Origin: an uncultured bacterium
GTDB lineage: Bacteria > Patescibacteriota > Dojkabacteria > J137
DNA length: 64,000 bases
Assembly (NCBI GenBank): GCA_963700155.1
Contig: OY969472.1
Location: forward strand, 1,000,690 to 1,064,689
Direction of reading: 5' to 3'
A model generated the notes under the pieces. The model was given only the letters and a program-made list of their open reading frames with translations. It was not told the origin of the DNA and made no database searches. Below, one piece after another: positions 58,148 to 64,000 of the stretch (its first letter is position 1; each line of letters begins with the position of its first letter). The position numbers were made by a program, and so were the translations under genes.

Positions 58148-58726
58148 ATGGTAAGAATACTAGCGGGATTTCTCGTAATAGTTTCTTTATTAACAGCTGT
58201 AGGAGGAGCAACATTAGCTGTTTTTAGTGACACAAGCGAAATATTAGGTAATACAATTTCAACAGCACAGGTAGATATTGATGCACACGGTGAGTCAAAT
58301 AATACCACAGCACCAAAACCAATTGATGAAAGTGGCTTGGTTCCAGGTGAATGGACAGATTGGTTTAGAGGTATAGTTTATAATAAAGCAGATAGTACAA
58401 ATGTAAGAGTTTATATGTATTTAAGTAATGTTACAGGAGCTGCATGTAGTAAAACTAATTTAACTGTTAGAACAGGTTTTGCTGGAAGTGATGCAGGAGA
58501 AAGAGCAAACTCAATGTATGATGGTTCAGTCGCAGGTTTGACAGGACCAGGTAATAGAATAGAACTTACAGGTCCAGTATTTCATGCACCTGACTGGCTA
58601 CCATATAATACATCATTAGTAGTACAACAGGCTGCACAATTAGACCCTTCAGCTGGTAACACATACACAAATAAATCTTGTGATTGGTCAGAAGTATTTG
58701 TAGCTGAGACACCTACCTTACCTTAA
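58148..58726 (+). CDS. TasA/camelysin-like protein 4
   Basis: GGATLA-VFSD...GNTISTA; GLVPG; AGNTY.NKSC; two Cys residues. Confidence 0.82.
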   Translation: MVRILAGFLVIVSLLTAVGGATLAVFSDTSEILGNTISTAQVDIDAHGESNNTTAPKPIDESGLVPGEWTDWFRGIVYNKADSTNVRVYMYLSNVTGAACSKTNLTVRTGFAGSDAGERANSMYDGSVAGLTGPGNRIELTGPVFHAPDWLPYNTSLVVQQAAQLDPSAGNTYTNKSCDWSEVFVAETPTLP

Positions 58727-58749
58727 GTTAGGACTTTTTTAGCTTTTAA

Positions 58750-58776
58750 AGTCCCGGCAATTTCATTGCCGGGACT
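58750..58776 (+). terminator. Hairpin (terminator or attenuator) before sipW
   Basis: AGTCCCGGCAAT-TTC-ATTGCCGGGACT. Confidence 0.7.
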
Positions 58777-58818
58777 GTTGGTATTTAATATATCTGTATA
58801 GAATGTTAATATTAGTCA

Positions 58819-59385
58819 ATGAAAAATTCATCACCTTTGAAAGTTGTTTATAAAGTTATTGTTACAATAGTATTAATTCTTTTTGTTGCTTTAGCAACTT
58901 TAACAATACTCTCTTTATTAGAATTTCCAAGACAATTTAGAATCTTTGTTGTCGAAACAGGATCAATGTCTCCAACAATTCCTGCCGGGAGTTTGATTAT
59001 TGATTCTAGTGAGAATACATATAAAGTTGGGGATATTATTACTTTTAATGCTCTTGCCGATTCTGAATCTACAAAAGTTACACCGATAACTCATAGACTT
59101 ACCCAGATTATTCAACAAAATGGTGTTACAGTATATGAAACAAAGGGAGATGCAAACAATGCTCCTGACGGGGAATATCGAGATCCAAATAATGTAATAG
59201 GTAAAGTACAATTTTATTTACCTTATGTTGGAACACTAGTTGGTTTTGCAAAAACACAACTTGGATTCGTTATAGTAATACTGATTCCAACAATATTAAT
59301 TATTTTGAGCGAACTTAATAACATTAAAAAAGAATTTATAAAACTAAAGGAAAAGAAAAGTGAGAAGTTAAATATTAATACGTAA
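58819..59385 (+). CDS. sipW: SipW-type (ER/archaeal-like S26B) signal peptidase
   Basis: TGSMSP, GDIITF, ITHR (Ser-His dyad), TKGDAN, IGKV...PYVG. Confidence 0.92.
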   Translation: MKNSSPLKVVYKVIVTIVLILFVALATLTILSLLEFPRQFRIFVVETGSMSPTIPAGSLIIDSSENTYKVGDIITFNALADSESTKVTPITHRLTQIIQQNGVTVYETKGDANNAPDGEYRDPNNVIGKVQFYLPYVGTLVGFAKTQLGFVIVILIPTILIILSELNNIKKEFIKLKEKKSEKLNINT

Positions 59386-59389
59386 CCTT

Positions 59390-59626
59390 ATGTTAAAAAA
59401 ATTTTTAGTAGTAGTAATTATTATAACTAGCTTTTTGATCATGGCTCAAGGAACAAAAGCATTATTCTCCGATGTGGAGCATATTCCTAATAATACTATC
59501 AGTACTGCAGATTCGTTTTCAATTGAACACGATGAGAATCAAGTCACTAATCCTAAAGTTCCAGATGACACTGAAAATGAGCAGCAAACTACTGAACCTC
59601 CAATAAGCTACTCATTAGACCATTAG
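59390..59626 (+). CDS. Short protein with SipW-type signal peptide (TasA N-terminal strand plus acidic tail)
   Basis: QGTKA-LFSDVEHIPNNTISTA. Confidence 0.72.
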   Translation: MLKKFLVVVIIITSFLIMAQGTKALFSDVEHIPNNTISTADSFSIEHDENQVTNPKVPDDTENEQQTTEPPISYSLDH

Positions 59627-59674
59627 ACAATCCCAAGTGTGTAAAGTGGAGCGAAATGAGGTATAATAACCTTC

Positions 59675-60901
59675 ATGGAATTAATTTATCTGCTTCATTT
59701 TTATCAACCTGACTTTCAGTTCAGAGAAATCTTAGAAGAAGTTTACAATAAATCATATAAAAAAGTTTTTAAGATAATTAAGGATTCTCCAAATGCAAAA
59801 ATAGCAATTAATATTACTGCCTCGACAATTGAGAAAATTAATAACTATAATGCAGGAGACATCATTAGAGATCTAAAAAGTCTATATAAAACCGGAAGAG
59901 TAGAATTTACTGCTACTAGTCTGGCACATGTACTTCTTTCTGAAGCAACTTATGAGCAAGCTTTAAGACAAATTAAACTAGATATAGAGAAAAAATCTTA
60001 CTTTTTGGATATACCAGAAAAAGAATTTAAAGTTTTGTTTCCACCCGAACTAAGTATAAATCCCCAAGTCTTAAAGCTTGCGAAAAATTTAGGAATTGAA
60101 GGATTAATCGTTTCTCATAATTCAATTGAAAATTTTAAAGAAGGTGATACTACTTTATTAAACTCTAATCAGAAAATATTTGTAAGATCTCTGAAGGTAA
60201 GTCGAATGTTAGAATCTGAGAATACAATGACTTCTGAAGAATTTTTAAATATTTTTCAAGAACAAGGATTAGAAACTAATGGATTATATTTAGCTGCTCA
60301 TGACGTAGAAATTATTGGTTTTCGATTTGAAAAGAAACTTAAACTTTTTAAAGAGATTTTAAATAATCCTAAAATTAAATTAGTTTCTTTTGATCAAATA
60401 CTAAAAATGAATAAATTTAAGAGTTATAATGGTAAGTTGCTTCAAGGAACTTGGGAGAAAATTTTGATTAATGATGAACTAAGTGATGTACATTGGAATA
60501 ATCCTGAAAATAAGATTCATAAATATCAATGGAAGCTTTCAAATTTAATAATTAATCAGATCGAGAAGTTTCCTGAAATTAATACTAAATCAGAACTTCA
60601 AATTCATTTAGATTATATACAGTATAGTTGTCAATATTGGTGGGCAAGTTCATATCCGTATTGGAGTGCTGGGATAATTTCAAATGCTGCTTGGTCATGG
60701 TTATATCTAGCATATAAAGTCTATTATGCTTTAAAAATGATTGATAAAGAAAAAGCTGAAAGGTTTATTAACCAAGCAAAACAAAATTATATGCGTTTAA
60801 TTGAGACATTAACTGAATATGATATTACAAAATGGCATGAAAAAAATATTCATTATTATGATCAAAATATACATTCTCTAAAATTATCTTATAAATTATG
60901 A
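59675..60901 (+). CDS. Glycoside hydrolase family 57 protein
   Basis: LHFYQP, VEFTA..AH, FPPEL, HDVE, SCQYWWAS. Confidence 0.85.
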   Translation: MELIYLLHFYQPDFQFREILEEVYNKSYKKVFKIIKDSPNAKIAINITASTIEKINNYNAGDIIRDLKSLYKTGRVEFTATSLAHVLLSEATYEQALRQIKLDIEKKSYFLDIPEKEFKVLFPPELSINPQVLKLAKNLGIEGLIVSHNSIENFKEGDTTLLNSNQKIFVRSLKVSRMLESENTMTSEEFLNIFQEQGLETNGLYLAAHDVEIIGFRFEKKLKLFKEILNNPKIKLVSFDQILKMNKFKSYNGKLLQGTWEKILINDELSDVHWNNPENKIHKYQWKLSNLIINQIEKFPEINTKSELQIHLDYIQYSCQYWWASSYPYWSAGIISNAAWSWLYLAYKVYYALKMIDKEKAERFINQAKQNYMRLIETLTEYDITKWHEKNIHYYDQNIHSLKLSYKL

Positions 60902-62400
60902 AGAAACAAAATAAAACAAAACTGAAAGTTCTATTAATTGCTGCTGAAATGTGGCCTTATGCAAGTGTTGGTGGATTAAGTAGGTTTACATATAATTTAC
61001 CGAAATCGTTAAAAAAACAAAATATTGATGTAAGAGTATTTATGCCTAAATATGGAAAGATCGATACTAAAGAGTTCCCAATGGAATCAGAAGTATTAGG
61101 TATAGAAATGCCTTTTAAAGATTTTGATAAAAAAGTAACTTGCAATGTTCTTTCAAATGAATATGCAGGTGTAAAGACATATTTCCTTGAGAATCAGGAA
61201 TATTATGAACTACGTGCTAACGAATATGGATATATTGACGATCATATTAGGTGGGGACTTCTTCAAAGAGGAATGTGGGAGTTTTTAAAAACTAGTGATT
61301 GGATACCGGATATCATTCATTGTAATGATTGGCAAACTGGACTTGTAGCAAATTACTATATTCAAGAATATAGTAAAATTAAAAAGTTATCTAAAATTAA
61401 GACTATACTTACATTGCATAATTTACGATTTCAAGCTCCATATGATCACATGTTTGTTACTGAAGTTGATTTTGATGCAGGGAAAAGTCAGATACCACCA
61501 ATAACATCTCATTCATTTGAAAGATTAAATAGCATAAGAAGAGGAATTATTTATTCTACTGCACTTACAACTGTTTCCCCAACATATTCTCAAGAAATTT
61601 TAACACCTGAATTTGGTGAGGGTTTAGAGAGATTGTTAAATGAACTTAGATTTAAACTAAGAGGAATATTAAATGGAATCGATTATGATGATTTTGACCC
61701 AGAGACAGATCAAAATATTTCGCAAAGTTTTAAAATCGGAGAATGGGATAAACGTGAGAAAAATAAAGAAGCTTTGCAAGAAAAATTTCTTTTTGATGTG
61801 GATCCTGAAGCACCACTTTTTGTAATTTCATACAGATTAACAGATCAAAAAGGTTTAAGTTTAGTAACTTCCGTTATTGAAACAATATTAAACGAGTATG
61901 GAGCACAGTTGATTGTAAACGGTGATGGAGATACTGCTTTTAAAAGCTTTTTTAGATATTTATCTGAGAAACATCCTAAACAAGTTGGAGTTAATTTAGT
62001 TTATGATGATAAATTGCCTAGACAGCTGTTTGCTGGTGGTGATTTTGTACTTCATCCTTCAAAATTTGAACCTTGTGGAATTGTTCAAATTGAAGCCATG
62101 AGATATGGATGTATTCCAATTATTCGTGAGGTTGGAGGATTAGCAGATACTGTTTTCGAAGGTAAAAATGGATTTACATTTAAAAAGTTCACAGATCAAT
62201 CTTTATTAATGACTATCTCGCGAGCTATCGAAGTGTTTAAATATAAAAATTTGATTAATTCATTTAGAAAATCTTGTATGGAACAAGACTTTTCTTGGGA
62301 TAACTCTGCTAAAGAATATATAAAACTCTATAAGGATATTCGAAAAAACACTAAAAATTCTGAATATTTCTCTCAAAGACCCAGTCAGATATTTACTTAA
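60898..62400 (+). CDS. glgA: Glycogen/starch synthase (GT5)
   Basis: AEMWP..VGGL, HCNDWQTG, TVSPTY, GILNGID, RLTDQKG, PSKFEPCG. Confidence 0.93.
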   Translation: MKKQNKTKLKVLLIAAEMWPYASVGGLSRFTYNLPKSLKKQNIDVRVFMPKYGKIDTKEFPMESEVLGIEMPFKDFDKKVTCNVLSNEYAGVKTYFLENQEYYELRANEYGYIDDHIRWGLLQRGMWEFLKTSDWIPDIIHCNDWQTGLVANYYIQEYSKIKKLSKIKTILTLHNLRFQAPYDHMFVTEVDFDAGKSQIPPITSHSFERLNSIRRGIIYSTALTTVSPTYSQEILTPEFGEGLERLLNELRFKLRGILNGIDYDDFDPETDQNISQSFKIGEWDKREKNKEALQEKFLFDVDPEAPLFVISYRLTDQKGLSLVTSVIETILNEYGAQLIVNGDGDTAFKSFFRYLSEKHPKQVGVNLVYDDKLPRQLFAGGDFVLHPSKFEPCGIVQIEAMRYGCIPIIREVGGLADTVFEGKNGFTFKKFTDQSLLMTISRAIEVFKYKNLINSFRKSCMEQDFSWDNSAKEYIKLYKDIRKNTKNSEYFSQRPSQIFT

Positions 62401-63056
62401 GCAGTACCTTGTTTTACTGGGGACATCATGTAACCTGGAACAACTTCTTCCGAGAATTCTTCATCACTATGACGTTCAATAATTTTGAAGTAATGATTAC
62501 TCATAGGACATACTAATTTTCCTCCATTTTGATTAAGTTGTAATTTTAAGTTTTCTGGAACTTCTTCCAACCCAAAAGCTATATGAATGCCATCGAATGG
62601 AGCTTTCGAAGAAAGCCCCTCAATACCATCTCTATATAAAAGTTCTAAATTTCTTAATTGAGGATATTTTTTTATGTTCTCTCTTGCCATTTCCCAAATC
62701 CACTGAACTCTTTCAATGGAGTATACTTTTCCACTATCTCCTGCAACAAAAGCCATTATGGCAGCTGAATAACCTGTACCAGTTCCAATATCTAAATATT
62801 TACCACCTAGTCTTGGTTTTAAATAAGCCAACATCTCAGCTACAATGGTTGGTTTACTTAAAGTTTCACTATAACCTATTGGGATTTCAAGATCATCATA
62901 AGCTTTGTTTTCGTAATCTTTGGGAACAAAATTTTTTCTGTCTATTTGTTTCATTGCATTAATCAAAATTGGATCTATAAGTATAGGATTAGGTCCACTT
63001 GATAGAAGTTGAATTAAATATTCTTTTGACCATTTGAAAACAGACCCTGAACTCAT
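62397..63056 (-). CDS. pcm: Protein-L-isoaspartate O-methyltransferase
   Basis: RKNFVP, AYDD, IPIG..TLSKP, LDIGTGTGY, APFD. Confidence 0.92.
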   Translation of the reverse strand: MSSGSVFKWSKEYLIQLLSSGPNPILIDPILINAMKQIDRKNFVPKDYENKAYDDLEIPIGYSETLSKPTIVAEMLAYLKPRLGGKYLDIGTGTGYSAAIMAFVAGDSGKVYSIERVQWIWEMARENIKKYPQLRNLELLYRDGIEGLSSKAPFDGIHIAFGLEEVPENLKLQLNQNGGKLVCPMSNHYFKIIERHSDEEFSEEVVPGYMMSPVKQGTA

Positions 63057-63125
63057 ATATTTTTAATTATATATATTTTTATACAGTATACTCATCACTT
63101 TGATGTGTTGCAATTAGTCTTTATA

Positions 63126-63845
63126 TTATTTAAACGTTAAAATTTCATTTCTTGCATTCATTTCCTGTTCAAGTGTAATTTTATTATTCTTATTCATTAG
63201 ATCTAAAACTACTTTTTGCCTTTCAAGTCCAGCAGATAAGTCCGAATAAGGATTGTAGACTTCAGGTAACTGTGGTAATCCAGCAAGAAATGCACATTCA
63301 GCTAAATCTAAATCATTAACCTTTTTATTAAAAAAGTTTTCTGAGGCGGCTTCAATTCCATAATTGAAGCCGCCAAAATAAGCATTATTTAGATAAGTTT
63401 CTAAAATTTTATTTTTACTCCAAACTTGGTTTAACTTTATTGAATAAATTATTTCAGATATTTTATCTTCACTATCTCTATTAAAAAAATCTTTTTCACC
63501 AAGTTTTATTACTTGCTGGGAAATTGTACTTCCTCCTCCAAAATCTTTATTCGTTAGTACACTTAGTGTTAATCTAATAGTCCCGTTAAAATCAACACCG
63601 ATATTTTTATAGAATGTCTTATCTTCTGTTGATATTACTGCATTTATACAATTTAAAGGGATTTCATTTAAGCTTATTTTTTTAAATTTAACTTCATCAG
63701 TATTAATTTCGGCATTAGAATCTAGAAAAGAAAGTGATGTTGGAGAAAATTGTATATATCTTGTAATTACTACTAACAAACTAGCAACTAAAAAAGTTAG
63801 CAATAAAGCTATTAGTAAACTAAAATATTTATTCTTCTTAGTCAT
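63126..63845 (-). CDS. Monofunctional peptidoglycan transglycosylase (GT51)
   Basis: STEDKTFY, GGSTISQQ, ILETYLN, GIEAA, LAGLPQ; no transpeptidase domain. Confidence 0.9.
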   Translation of the reverse strand: MTKKNKYFSLLIALLLTFLVASLLVVITRYIQFSPTSLSFLDSNAEINTDEVKFKKISLNEIPLNCINAVISTEDKTFYKNIGVDFNGTIRLTLSVLTNKDFGGGSTISQQVIKLGEKDFFNRDSEDKISEIIYSIKLNQVWSKNKILETYLNNAYFGGFNYGIEAASENFFNKKVNDLDLAECAFLAGLPQLPEVYNPYSDLSAGLERQKVVLDLMNKNNKITLEQEMNARNEILTFK

Positions 63846-64000
63846 AATTGTATTAACTGTTTAAAATTGATATAGGTCAGTGTTATAATAGTTTATATGA
63901 TTTTCATATTATTCTTCAATAGTAATTTTTACCAATAGTTTTCATTTTAGATTAATTTTATGACTGGAAAGAGACTTAAGTATGAAAGATATTTTTTGCC

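Noticed and set aside
59675-62400. GH57 plus glgA pair as a novel system
   Set aside because: An ordinary alpha-glucan storage pairing, with nothing unusual visible beyond a K-to-V change in the KxGGL motif (SVGGL)
1-64000. CRISPR array, rRNA, transposase, reverse transcriptase or alternative genetic code 25
   Set aside because: No regularly spaced repeats or relevant motifs seen; conserved genes are intact in code 11, with TGG for Trp and TGA used as stop

Overview
A very AT-rich (roughly 30% GC by eye), gene-dense bacterial chromosome segment using the standard genetic code. Its gene content (cohesin/dockerin surface proteins, CAP protein, GH57 plus glgA, few Shine-Dalgarno sites, many short orphans) suggests a Patescibacteria/CPR genome; this assignment is inference. 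Housekeeping genes: secA, lepA, prfB, gltX, ftsW, gatC, rnpA, pheS, pth, folD, glyA, a Xer-like recombinase, a DEAD-box helicase, pcm, glgA, tRNA-Gln(CUG) and tRNA-Glu(UUC). The most notable observations are: (1) a cluster of five TasA-like genes with SipW-type signal peptides plus sipW, next to a divergent Crp regulator, with three TGTGA-N6-TCAC boxes in identical class-II promoter geometry; (2) an adjacent dockerin-bearing subtilase and membrane-anchored cohesin-like protein; (3) a ~365-nt GC-rich element of seven back-to-back hairpins upstream of lepA that I cannot assign to a known RNA; (4) tRNA-Gln nested inside the 5' and 3' ends of a second tRNA, and tRNA-Glu preceded by an interrupted copy of its own 5' end; (5) an IcaA/IcaD/IcaB-like exopolysaccharide cassette with an uncalled 48-aa membrane ORF; (6) an FMN-binding protein plus ferric-reductase pair, a tandem orphan paralog triplet, several structured 5' leaders and apparent leaderless genes.
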